Source: a virus. Taken from it: a stretch of 64,000 bases of DNA. Position 1 is the stretch's first letter, and each line of letters opens with the position of its first letter. The DNA is taken from the IMG/VR virus record IMGVR_UViG_3300020171_000021, positions 2,972 to 66,971 of that record, one strand, 5' to 3'. The translations under genes were made by a program, and so were the position numbers. The notes beneath the pieces were generated by a model, which searched no databases, had not been told where the DNA came from, and saw nothing but the letters and a program-made list of their open reading frames with translations. Below are positions 46,058 through 55,118 of the stretch, in pieces.

Positions 46058-47229
46058 CTGATTTGGTAACAAATTTTGGAAAAGCAACAGTTTCACTTGG
46101 ATATCTTTCTACTGATTTAACAATAGTTCTCACAGCTGGTCACGGAGCAAAATTTCCATCAGCCGCGACTGCTAACAGTGCAACACATTTTAATGTTGTT
46201 TATTATAATTCAACAGATTATCCAGACCCAGCAGATGACCCTAACGTTGAAATTGTTCGAATTACAAATCGTTCTACTGATACATTAACTGTTGTTCGTG
46301 CACAAGAAGGAACAACTGCAACCGATAAAAATATTGCAGGAAAAACATATAAAATGATTCTTGCGCCAACAAGAAAAACAATTTTAGATTTACAAATAAA
46401 AGAACCTTCTGAATATGTTACAACAGTGTTACATGGAAACACTCCTCATAGAGATGCAGGTGTAGCATTTACCATTGGCTCTTTTATGAAATATGGAAAC
46501 ATAAAAAAACTTACAATTCGCGGAAGTTATACATGTGGAACTTTATATTCTTGGGCGGCGTATGCAAGTAATTTAACAGGAATAACTCCAGCGCTTGGAA
46601 GTATTGCATTTTATGGAAAAACTGGAACGGTAATCATTGATGATTATGTTGGTTTGGATAATGAAATTATGCGAATCTCTGGAACCGCTGGAGCATATCT
46701 TACTGTAACTAGAGGCGTGAAAGGTACAAACCCCACTTATCACGAACACGCTGCAGTTATAACAAAAATGATAAACGGTGTTCGTGTTGCTTTATATCCA
46801 AATAGTTTTAAGAAAGAGGCAACAAAAGTTTTAGAGTTGAATAATGCCTTTATTTATTCTGGACTTACTTTTGGTTCAATTAATGTAAGTGGTACTGTAA
46901 TAAGAATGACTGCGGTACCAAGAAATCTTAATAGTAACGATTATATTTTAGTTCAAGATACAATACCAGAAACTGCAATTGTCCAGAAAACATTTGGAAG
47001 CGCAAGAGGTGCTTCAGATAATACTATATTTGTAAAAGGAACGCTTGCGCTTCATGTATCTGCAAAAAATGTTCAGAAAGTTATAACATATGACATACCA
47101 ACTCCATATAAAGGGTCTTCTAATACTTTATACGGGCATCTTTATATTGATGAAAGACTTCCTGCTGGAACAATTGGTATAACACTTGGAATTACCTGTG
47201 ATAAATTTGGAAGTATAGCACTAGGTTGA
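46054..47229 (+). CDS. Putative spike/fibre protein
   Basis: Two E-I-x-R-I...LTVxR(A/G)xxGT beta modules. Confidence 0.65.
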   Translation: MTDLVTNFGKATVSLGYLSTDLTIVLTAGHGAKFPSAATANSATHFNVVYYNSTDYPDPADDPNVEIVRITNRSTDTLTVVRAQEGTTATDKNIAGKTYKMILAPTRKTILDLQIKEPSEYVTTVLHGNTPHRDAGVAFTIGSFMKYGNIKKLTIRGSYTCGTLYSWAAYASNLTGITPALGSIAFYGKTGTVIIDDYVGLDNEIMRISGTAGAYLTVTRGVKGTNPTYHEHAAVITKMINGVRVALYPNSFKKEATKVLELNNAFIYSGLTFGSINVSGTVIRMTAVPRNLNSNDYILVQDTIPETAIVQKTFGSARGASDNTIFVKGTLALHVSAKNVQKVITYDIPTPYKGSSNTLYGHLYIDERLPAGTIGITLGITCDKFGSIALG

Positions 47230-47233
47230 TATT

Positions 47234-48070
47234 ATGCCAACCGTTGATAATAGAATTTTAGAAGCTCTGAAAAGACAGCAAGTAGTGACAGAATATATTG
47301 TTTATCCTCAACAAAATTCAAATATAGAAAATTATCAAATTTTACTTTCTAATGTTCCTTCTACGTCAAAAGAAGACGTTCTAGTTGTGCATAAAAATAA
47401 AATTATTCCGCATTGGGTGGAATCAAAAGGAAAAGTGTGGACAAAAATTCCAAACTTATTGACAAAAACACCATTAAAAATATATACATTAACTGGTAAT
47501 CCTTCTGCCGCATCCGCAAGCAACGGGACGAATACGTTTGTGGCATGGCATGGTGTAGCAACATCAAATTTTCATGATAGTAATATTATTCCATCCGGCT
47601 CAATTATATATGAGGCAAAAGGAAGGTCTACAATTGTTTCCGGTAATGAAGTATTGATGTGGGGGATAGGTGTAGATGGAAATCTTGAAATTAATTCTGG
47701 AACGGATGGTGTTGCATTAAAGTCATATGAATGGAGTAGTGTCCCTGGTAGATATTTTTTAACAACGAATGGAGCAGCATATACACAGGTTCAAGGTACT
47801 GGTGGAAAATATGGATATAATGTATGGAAACAACTTAAAATAGTTATTGATTCTACACCGAGCGCACATGGTTATGTTGACGGGGTTGAACAGGCAACTG
47901 GAATTACTACTAACTTACCGAACGAAAATTTAGGATTAGCGATGTATACCTCGGCGGGAACAATGGCTCAAGAATATTCATTTGTCCGCAAATACGCCTC
48001 GCCTGAGCCGATTGTTAAAAAAATTAGAACTTTAAATAAATCATTATTACTCAAAGAATTGATGAGGTAA
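47234..48070 (+). CDS. DUF2341-like / lectin-fold adhesin
   Basis: IPHWVE...VWTKIP...GNPSAASASNGTNTF...VRKYASPEP. Confidence 0.7.
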   Translation: MPTVDNRILEALKRQQVVTEYIVYPQQNSNIENYQILLSNVPSTSKEDVLVVHKNKIIPHWVESKGKVWTKIPNLLTKTPLKIYTLTGNPSAASASNGTNTFVAWHGVATSNFHDSNIIPSGSIIYEAKGRSTIVSGNEVLMWGIGVDGNLEINSGTDGVALKSYEWSSVPGRYFLTTNGAAYTQVQGTGGKYGYNVWKQLKIVIDSTPSAHGYVDGVEQATGITTNLPNENLGLAMYTSAGTMAQEYSFVRKYASPEPIVKKIRTLNKSLLLKELMR

Positions 48071-48073
48071 TTT

Positions 48074-48853
48074 ATGTCGTACGGCTCTTTTGAGTACGGT
48101 GGAGCTGCATATGGTGGGGCAGTTGTAGCACCAACAAAAACTATAACTTATACACTTGATGCACGTATTTTAAAACAAGCTACACTTTCATTTACAATAG
48201 ATGCACGTGTTTTAAAAACGCAATCAAATACATTTACATTAAATGCAATATTATTAAAAACGCAATCAAATACATTTACATTAAATGCAATATTATTAAA
48301 AACGCAATCAAACACATTTACACTAAATGCAGCATTATTAAAAATTGATATAAAAACCTTTACTTTTGATTCAGCATTATTTAAGTCAAATATAGTAAAA
48401 ACTTTTACCATCAGTTCAACATTATTAAAAGCAGATAATTTAAAGACATTTACTTTTGATTCTGTATTATTAAAACCTATAACAAAAACTGTTGTGTTTG
48501 ATTCAGCATTATTAAAAACTATATCGGCGTCATTTACTCTTAATGCAAATCTTTTAAAAACAAATGTAGCTCAGTTTACAATAGATTCAATTTTGGTTTT
48601 TAATCGCACAAAAACTTTTACAATAGATTCAAAATTAGTATTTTTTACCACATATACAAAAACATTTGGTCTTGATGCAAAACTTGTTTTTGCAAAGTCT
48701 ACAGTGCTTACAATAGATGCGTGGACATCATATAAGGAGCAAATATATCAGATGCAAGCAGATATTGCAGACCTTAAGGCAAATGGCGTGGGTGGTGGAG
48801 GAGACGTGACGGTTGGAACATTATATGGGTCTGACGGAATAAAGAATTGGTGA
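48074..48853 (+). CDS. Beta-repeat stalk/fibre protein (about 13 degenerate ~14-aa repeats)
   Basis: Repeating KTFTxDxxL units. Confidence 0.75.
   Translation: MSYGSFEYGGAAYGGAVVAPTKTITYTLDARILKQATLSFTIDARVLKTQSNTFTLNAILLKTQSNTFTLNAILLKTQSNTFTLNAALLKIDIKTFTFDSALFKSNIVKTFTISSTLLKADNLKTFTFDSVLLKPITKTVVFDSALLKTISASFTLNANLLKTNVAQFTIDSILVFNRTKTFTIDSKLVFFTTYTKTFGLDAKLVFAKSTVLTIDAWTSYKEQIYQMQADIADLKANGVGGGGDVTVGTLYGSDGIKNW
48212..48337 (+). repeat. 42-bp tandem repeat, three copies, in frame
   Basis: TTAAAAACGCAATCAAATACATTTACATTAAATGCAATATTA; two exact copies and one diverged. Confidence 0.9.
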
Positions 48854-49311
48854 TTAAAATGATTCATGAATTAAGAAAAAAAGGATTAATTTACATACGA
48901 AAAAGCAAAACAATTACTGCTGGAGAAATGGGAGTGTTGTTAGCAAATTGGATTTCTCCTAAATATGATGAAACTGAAGATGGTTATGAGATACAAACAA
49001 AAGCAGAAATAACACATTTAGGAAATGCCATAGCAACTAATTTATTTTATGAGATACAATACGGTGAAAAATGGCGGTTTGACTATCAAATTGCTCCTCC
49101 TAATCGTCCATTAGAATTTCCAGTTTCGTTGCCGGTTGAAACCGAGGATATAAATATTATAGTAGATAATAAAAGTACAGCAGATGCGGTTGCAGAAATT
49201 TGCTTGATTGGAATTTATGAAAGAGAAAGATTTTCAGTTATTGAAAAGAGACGGCCTACTGCAATTCATTCATCAAGATTGGCTTCGGTTGACGGAAGAC
49301 GGGTAATATGA
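48847..49311 (+). CDS. Beta-rich hypothetical protein (possible minor capsid protein)
   Basis: Beta-sandwich-like pattern ending EICLIGIYE. Confidence 0.5.
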   Translation: MVIKMIHELRKKGLIYIRKSKTITAGEMGVLLANWISPKYDETEDGYEIQTKAEITHLGNAIATNLFYEIQYGEKWRFDYQIAPPNRPLEFPVSLPVETEDINIIVDNKSTADAVAEICLIGIYERERFSVIEKRRPTAIHSSRLASVDGRRVI

Positions 49312-49937
49312 ATAAAGGAAAAAGAACAGAGGAGCAGAATAGAAAAAATTCAGAACGACAAAAAGGTAAACGAACTGGTGCAGATAATCATTTCTTTGGT
49401 AAACATCATACACTTGAAGCAAAAAAAGCAAACTCAGATTGGCATAAAGGAAAAACACAATCTGAAGAATCAAATAAAAAACGGTCTATTGCACATAAAG
49501 GCATACCTTGTTCAGAAAAAGCTAAGAAAAAAATATCGATTGCAAATATTGGTAGACGTCGCACAGAAGAACAAAAGAAGAAAATGTCAATAGCACATAA
49601 AGGAATACCTACAGGAAGAACTGGTGAAAAAAGTCCAAATTGGAAAGGCGGAATATCTTTTGAACCGTATTGTTCAAAATTCAATAAACCTTTAAAAGAA
49701 AAAATTCGTGATAAATTCGAACGGAAATGTTTTCTCTGTAATAAACCCGAGTCTACTGAAAAAACTTGTTTATCAGTTCACCACATTGATTATGATAAAG
49801 ACCAAGGATGTAATGGAAAAACTTTTGAATTAGTTCCTTTATGCAGAAGTTGTCATTCAAAAACAAATGGTGAACGAGAAGAACAACAAATTATGATTAT
49901 AAATAAATTGAGGGATATGAATGACACTTGTAACTAA
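49308..49937 (+). CDS. HNH homing endonuclease with NUMOD3 repeats
   Basis: HFFGKHHT, KKMSIAHKG and CFLC...VHHIDY...LCRSCH. Confidence 0.88.
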   Translation: MNKGKRTEEQNRKNSERQKGKRTGADNHFFGKHHTLEAKKANSDWHKGKTQSEESNKKRSIAHKGIPCSEKAKKKISIANIGRRRTEEQKKKMSIAHKGIPTGRTGEKSPNWKGGISFEPYCSKFNKPLKEKIRDKFERKCFLCNKPESTEKTCLSVHHIDYDKDQGCNGKTFELVPLCRSCHSKTNGEREEQQIMIINKLRDMNDTCN

Positions 49938-50199
49938 AACAAATATGGTAACAAAACCTAGCGGTGATTATTTTTATACTTATATTCCTTCTGAAATTGC
50001 ACAAAAGTTAGGATTAAGAAAAGGACAAGAACATCTTATATGGGGGTTGTATGGAAGTAAAGCAGAGATTACAACATTACCACTTGATGTTGCAAGAAAA
50101 ATTCTTTCTGATATTCAACCACAAATTACTACTGCTACTAAAAAATCGCCAAGAATTTTTATTAAAAATGGTAGAGCTACCGATGACGATTTGATTTAA
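49921..50199 (+). CDS. AbrB/SpoVT-like regulator
   Basis: YIPSEIAQKLGLRKG. Confidence 0.7.
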   Translation: MTLVTKTNMVTKPSGDYFYTYIPSEIAQKLGLRKGQEHLIWGLYGSKAEITTLPLDVARKILSDIQPQITTATKKSPRIFIKNGRATDDDLI

Positions 50200-50344
50200 G
50201 CTAAAAACCGTACATTGACCGTACTTTCTTTTTTGAACCGTGGCTTTACTATTAATAAAAAACATAGTATCGGTAACAATAAAAAGTTCTGTGTAGACGT
50301 TCTGTCTACAAATCAATCAATAAATAAATAAAAGAGGTAAAAAT

Positions 50345-50803
50345 ATGTATGGCGAGTCACTCATGTTAGTGAACCCAAGAAAGACATCTAAGCGTTCAAT
50401 GCTTGGAAAACTTGGAATGGGCGGAAAATTGACCAGAGGCGTCACAATCTACGACGCAGCGACAGGCGCAGCGGGCGCAGTTGTAGTATTGGTACTTCCA
50501 AAAATGGCACCCAGCGGGTGGGGCTATGGCATCAAAGGTGTCATGACTTCAGCACTAGTAACGGTAGCCGCAGGGGCAGTAACCTATATGGCAACAAAGA
50601 ACAACAGATACGCATACGCAGTAGTTCTCGGCGGAGCAATCATCACGGGCCTTAGGGCATTGAAGGTTATCACCAAGACAGCAGGCGTAAGACCGATTGG
50701 TCTCGAAGGTGCAGAAATGGCCGGACTTGGGCAAATCCCAGAGGAAGAGCTTCTTACCGGTATCGACGCATATCGTAGCGATGATTCAGTAAAGGTGTTA
50801 TAA
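50345..50803 (+). CDS. Major membrane-associated virion protein candidate
   Basis: VNPRK, three hydrophobic helices and MAGLG; C-ending codons suggest high expression. Confidence 0.65.
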   Translation: MYGESLMLVNPRKTSKRSMLGKLGMGGKLTRGVTIYDAATGAAGAVVVLVLPKMAPSGWGYGIKGVMTSALVTVAAGAVTYMATKNNRYAYAVVLGGAIITGLRALKVITKTAGVRPIGLEGAEMAGLGQIPEEELLTGIDAYRSDDSVKVL

Positions 50804-50804
50804 A

Positions 50805-51362
50805 ATGACAGCACTCGATTTAATAGTCGGCGAAACAAAATTCCTCGTCGGCGAAAGAATGAAAATAATGAACGAAGCCTTTAGGGCAGCAGTTCAGAAA
50901 GCAGAAGAGGCATGGGGTCTCAAATACGGCGGCATGTATCCACAAGCCGGCGAATTCGGTGTAACAACCATCAGACCACGGCACATGCAGCACGGCACAA
51001 CTTCAAACGTTCCAGAGAGCTGGGAGTTTGCATTAAGCACTGTTGGATGGGCAACCCTCGTCAATAACAATGTAATCCAAGATGTCTATCTCGGTATTGT
51101 CGGTTTTGCATTCCCTAATGTAAAGAAAGCAATCAACCTGATGCAGATAGATGCAGGTGGACAGACATTGCCAGTTATCGACATTGAAGAGACTCACGCA
51201 TACGAAGAGCCAATGGTGCTTTTCAAACAGCCACTGGTCATTCAAGAAAATCAGCCTGTAAAAATCCAGGTCAGCAATGACACACCAGTAAGGCAGAAAG
51301 TCATCCCACTCGGATTTGCACTCGTCAAGACCGCGAAACTGATAAGTCAGACTCCAACTTAA
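50805..51362 (+). CDS. Candidate single-jelly-roll major capsid protein
   Basis: 185 aa, N-terminal helix then roughly eight beta strands. Strongly shifted codon usage (TTC/ATC/GGC). Fold not verified. Confidence 0.55.
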   Translation: MTALDLIVGETKFLVGERMKIMNEAFRAAVQKAEEAWGLKYGGMYPQAGEFGVTTIRPRHMQHGTTSNVPESWEFALSTVGWATLVNNNVIQDVYLGIVGFAFPNVKKAINLMQIDAGGQTLPVIDIEETHAYEEPMVLFKQPLVIQENQPVKIQVSNDTPVRQKVIPLGFALVKTAKLISQTPT

Positions 51363-51373
51363 GCGTCTAAACC

Positions 51374-51439
51374 ATAGGTGAATAAAATGGCAAAGACGTT
51401 TTATATCTTAGGAGAAATAACCCCGAAGCGCCCCGGCGA
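51374..51439 (+). repeat. 66-bp exact direct repeat, copy 1 (copy 2 at 52132-52197)
   Basis: ATAGGTGAATAAAATGGCAAAG...CCCCGGCGA. Confidence 0.9.
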
Positions 51440-51770
51440 GTCGAAGATAGTTATCGGCAGGGCAATTTTAGCTCCGGGTAAAGAAGCAGTACATGCTGAA
51501 GATGTAAGACTCCGTCGGATGATTTCATTCGACGCAAATAGTTTTGTTCCAGGAACACTTGGGATAGTAAATGCAGCTGGTACAGGTCTTGTTTTTACAA
51601 CAAGATTAAGTCCCAGAATAGCAGCAGCAGTAGCATACGCAAGTATCTCTCCTGCCCCAAGGAACTTTGCATCCATTGTTGTGATACGCGGTTCACTTAA
51701 CGGAACAAATCTTATGAGCACAACCAGGAATGGTAGCGTTGCATTCAACTTTATGGCAATAGGTGAATAA
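51387..51770 (+). CDS. Tandem paralog 1, small beta-rich virion protein
   Basis: MAKTFYILGEI...AFNFMAIGE. Confidence 0.8.
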   Translation: MAKTFYILGEITPKRPGESKIVIGRAILAPGKEAVHAEDVRLRRMISFDANSFVPGTLGIVNAAGTGLVFTTRLSPRIAAAVAYASISPAPRNFASIVVIRGSLNGTNLMSTTRNGSVAFNFMAIGE

Positions 51771-51771
51771 G

Positions 51772-52143
51772 ATGGTAAAAACATTTTACATATTTGGAGA
51801 AATAAATCCAAAGCACCCACATGAACCAAAAATAGTTGTAGGACGTGCTGTGCTCGGGCAAGCTTCAGAAGCAGTACATGCTGAAGATGTAAGACTCAGA
51901 CGCCTTATCCACTTTGAAGCCTCTGGATTTTTAGCAGGAACATTAACAAACATGGTTGGTACATGCATTCAAGTAAGATTGCATCCCAGACTTGCAGCAG
52001 TTCCTAAATACGGAAGCATCACGCCAACGCCAAGAAATGCAGCATCACTTGTTGTAGTTTCAAGAGCGCTTAACGGAACAAATCTCGGCGGTGCAACTAG
52101 AAATGGTAGCATTGCATTTGATTTTGTGGCGATAGGTGAATAA
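51772..52143 (+). CDS. Tandem paralog 2
   Basis: MVKTFYIFGEI...AFDFVAIGE. Confidence 0.8.
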   Translation: MVKTFYIFGEINPKHPHEPKIVVGRAVLGQASEAVHAEDVRLRRLIHFEASGFLAGTLTNMVGTCIQVRLHPRLAAVPKYGSITPTPRNAASLVVVSRALNGTNLGGATRNGSIAFDFVAIGE

Positions 52144-52144
52144 A

Positions 52145-52474
52145 ATGGCAAAGACGTTTTATATCTTAGGAGAAATAACCCCGAAGCGCCCCGGCGACCT
52201 TAAAATGGTTATCGGGCGTGGTGTACTTGCACCAGCAAAGGAAGCAGTGCATGCAGAAAATATCGGATTAAGAACTTTGGTAAATTTCAAAGTCACAGGT
52301 TCTAATGCAATAGCAGGAAGAGCCATTGGCGCAAAAATGACACCAAGACTTGCAGCAGTTCAAAAATACGGAAGCATTAATCCCGATGTAAGAAACGCAG
52401 CATCGCTTATACATACAGCAGGCGCAATAGTAGCGGGTTCAATCAGTTTTGATTTCGTAGCATATGGTGAATAA
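52145..52474 (+). CDS. Tandem paralog 3
   Basis: MAKTFYILGEI...SFDFVAYGE; followed by oligo-T. Confidence 0.8.
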   Translation: MAKTFYILGEITPKRPGDLKMVIGRGVLAPAKEAVHAENIGLRTLVNFKVTGSNAIAGRAIGAKMTPRLAAVQKYGSINPDVRNAASLIHTAGAIVAGSISFDFVAYGE

Positions 52475-52550
52475 TCTTCACCAACCCTTTTATTTTTTTG
52501 CTGGGTAAATCATAATAAACTCTAACTCAAAAAATTAGGAGTAAATACTA

Positions 52551-53117
52551 ATGACCAAATGGATAGAAGAGGGACACTTTGTCTCTTTCGATAATAGGTT
52601 CTTCTGGGTTGTTGGTTCTGAAAAAAGCCGGTATGTTTATAATTGGACAGTAGTATTAGCCGGACAAACAGAGGCAGCAGCAGAAGATATAGAGAATCTT
52701 AAGCCCCTTTCACTGGATAGATTATTCCAGATAGCAATGGGCGTCCCTGATGGTGTTCTTGCATACGTCAAGATACCAACAGATAAAGCAAGATTCGGTA
52801 CAGATAAGGTTCCAGAACAGTCAAGTTCAAACAGATTTGTAGGATGGGTAGATGCAAATATGTCTCCATTCACAAGACCGTCATTGACTGATACAGAATT
52901 CTTCACGCAGAAAGTGGGTAACTATGAATTCCCAAGAGTAGTTTTGTATAATCAGACCAAGAGAAGGATGAAACCATCTTTAAGATTTGATGTAAACAGA
53001 ATGATTCTGCAAGAAGTCACAAATCCGGAAACCGTAGATAAGCTGGTAAAGAAATTTATACCAAGTAGACCATTGACATTGACAGGCTTACCATCCGTAA
53101 GAAGCGGAAGAGGATAA
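52551..53117 (+). CDS. Beta-rich virion protein, second capsid-protein candidate
   Basis: 188 aa with a beta pattern, in the structural operon. Confidence 0.45.
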   Translation: MTKWIEEGHFVSFDNRFFWVVGSEKSRYVYNWTVVLAGQTEAAAEDIENLKPLSLDRLFQIAMGVPDGVLAYVKIPTDKARFGTDKVPEQSSSNRFVGWVDANMSPFTRPSLTDTEFFTQKVGNYEFPRVVLYNQTKRRMKPSLRFDVNRMILQEVTNPETVDKLVKKFIPSRPLTLTGLPSVRSGRG

Positions 53118-53120
53118 ATC

Positions 53121-53579
53121 ATGGCAGAAGAAGGCGCAAACGCACCCAAAATCATTATAGTAAGGAAGGAAATTTATAATCCTTCCCTTGAAAGATACGT
53201 GTCAGAAGAACTTCCAACCGTTACGGTAAACAGGCAGAGAATACGACCATCATGCACAGCCAATGCGGCATTTGCATCCCATTACATTGGGTCAGGCACC
53301 GCAGCAACTGGAGCAGGAACTGTAGGATACGGTTCAGTTGGTAGACTTGTTTATTTGAATATATTCACCACACAGCCACAGACATTCTATATGAAGGACA
53401 GAAAAGGCACCCTTGGGTTCCATAACTTCATAGCAGCTGGTGAGAAGACAATTCAAGGTGAAGCAGGAAAACCCATACGTGTTGTAGAAGGAACATTCAT
53501 CATTGCGGGTCTCGGCTCGTTACCTGGTGGAACTTATACAATAGACTTCGAACTTGTTAAAAGGAGTCAGAAGTGGTAA
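53121..53579 (+). CDS. Beta-rich putative virion protein
   Basis: Gly/Thr-rich beta pattern; hairpin plus T-tract after the stop. Confidence 0.6.
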   Translation: MAEEGANAPKIIIVRKEIYNPSLERYVSEELPTVTVNRQRIRPSCTANAAFASHYIGSGTAATGAGTVGYGSVGRLVYLNIFTTQPQTFYMKDRKGTLGFHNFIAAGEKTIQGEAGKPIRVVEGTFIIAGLGSLPGGTYTIDFELVKRSQKW

Positions 53580-53616
53580 TCCACTTCTCCTTTTAATTTA
53601 AAATAAGGAGGCTATT

Positions 53617-53904
53617 ATGCAAGGAGTTCTCAGAACACAAAAAGTAAAAAACACTGCAAGAAATAAAAGCCATACAATGGGTATTCAGCAAGGAAGTGTT
53701 GCAACAAAATTTGGGACAACATTATATTATAAGTCGTTTCCAACCGCATTTGCAGCAGCCCCAGACGGATTACAATTAACTCCACGAACAGGAACTGTTG
53801 TAACAATGGTGTATAAAAATCTTAATCCAGGAAGTTTCAATGTTGTTGGAACACCAGTGAATAAATATGTGTGGTATAGTGCATACGGAAGCTTAACAGT
53901 ATAA
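53617..53904 (+). CDS. Small fibre-tip/H-type-lectin-like protein
   Basis: FPTAFAAAP...VWYSAYG pattern. Confidence 0.55.
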   Translation: MQGVLRTQKVKNTARNKSHTMGIQQGSVATKFGTTLYYKSFPTAFAAAPDGLQLTPRTGTVVTMVYKNLNPGSFNVVGTPVNKYVWYSAYGSLTV

Positions 53905-53912
53905 GAGGAAAT

Positions 53913-54095
53913 ATGACAATAACTGATGCAATAACAGATACAGTAGAAGTCTTAACAGACAATTTTATAGCAATTGGTATTGTTGGCGTGTCATTATATT
54001 TGGCCGTAACAACCAATACACCAGAATGGTTAATAGCCTTATCTGGTCTAATTGTGAAAGACTATCTGCCATCAATGAAGCAGAAAACAGAATAA
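53913..54095 (+). CDS. Small 2-TM protein
   Basis: Two short hydrophobic helices. Confidence 0.6.
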   Translation: MTITDAITDTVEVLTDNFIAIGIVGVSLYLAVTTNTPEWLIALSGLIVKDYLPSMKQKTE

Positions 54096-54150
54096 ACATA
54101 AATCTGTCGGAGAGGACATCCTCTCCAAATTTTATTATTATCAGGTTATC

Positions 54151-55032
54151 ATGGAACAGCGCAAAAAAGGTTTCAATCAATCAATGGACGACACATCAAA
54201 AGACGTAGACGCCTTTGCGGTAGATATTGCAAGAGCAATTAAAAAGCATCTTGGAGGAAAGAATGCTACGGGAGTCGGCGAAGAAATGGCAAATAGATTC
54301 ACTGACCCAACAAAAGACCCAATGTCAATAAAAGATGACAAGGGGCATTTTACAGTAATGTATCCACCATCAAGTGGACAGAGCACAGGGTCAAAAACAG
54401 TAGACGCAAATACAATACGAATTGACTTCTGGGACGGTTCTGTATGGGTAGGAGAAGCGGTTCAATCAAACGGTTTGACTAAATCATTACAGATGACAGG
54501 CCAAGAATCGATGCAGTCACTCTTTATAAGAGTTTCAAAAGCATGCAGACTTGTGATTGATGGACAGGGAGAAAGAATCATTGCAGGGGACTTCATTATA
54601 AGAGGTATCCCAATAAAAGCAATTGAACTTACTTCAACTGACTTGGGTTCATTCACGTTTAATCTGCTTGCATCATCAAATACAGATGCAGTTTTTAATG
54701 ACGAATCAGAATCATTTCCAATCGAAAAGGCCACAGTAAGACAAATACAAATTGCTGCAGCTACGCACTTTTTAAATGCAGATATTGAACCAACAAATGC
54801 ACCAACATATTTGAAAACAGCAGTGGCGTTATCACAATCTGGAGTTTTGAGTGCAGTTTACAATTATAATGGAGGAAGCGCGACCGTACAATTAAATGGC
54901 GGGAGCGCACTGACCCCAAATGTTTTATATCAATTTGATATTCCAGCAAATGTTGGAGATAAGGTAAATTATCAGACGTCAGTTGCAGGAACGATTCAGG
55001 TCTTAAGAGTACACGAAACACCAGAAGTTTAA
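54151..55032 (+). CDS. Beta-rich putative virion protein
   Basis: 293 aa with two beta domains. Confidence 0.65.
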   Translation: MEQRKKGFNQSMDDTSKDVDAFAVDIARAIKKHLGGKNATGVGEEMANRFTDPTKDPMSIKDDKGHFTVMYPPSSGQSTGSKTVDANTIRIDFWDGSVWVGEAVQSNGLTKSLQMTGQESMQSLFIRVSKACRLVIDGQGERIIAGDFIIRGIPIKAIELTSTDLGSFTFNLLASSNTDAVFNDESESFPIEKATVRQIQIAAATHFLNADIEPTNAPTYLKTAVALSQSGVLSAVYNYNGGSATVQLNGGSALTPNVLYQFDIPANVGDKVNYQTSVAGTIQVLRVHETPEV

Positions 55033-55118
55033 TAGTGACAAGGTGCTACGCAGGGAGGTCTAATCAGCCTCCTGTCTTTCAATAAATTTATATACTTTTC
55101 TGTCAATTAAGTTATAAC

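Noticed and set aside
48212-48337. Possible CRISPR array
   Set aside because: The 42-bp units are contiguous and in frame with no spacers, so this is a coding repeat.
51374-52197. Repeats as a diversity-generating retroelement TR/VR pair
   Set aside because: No reverse transcriptase is seen, and the copies are exact or differ without adenine bias.
54109-54126. GGAGAGGA/TCCTCTCC hairpin and similar hairpins near 12624, 53570 and 55052
   Set aside because: They are short stems right after stop codons, most simply explained as ordinary terminators or 3' stabilisers.
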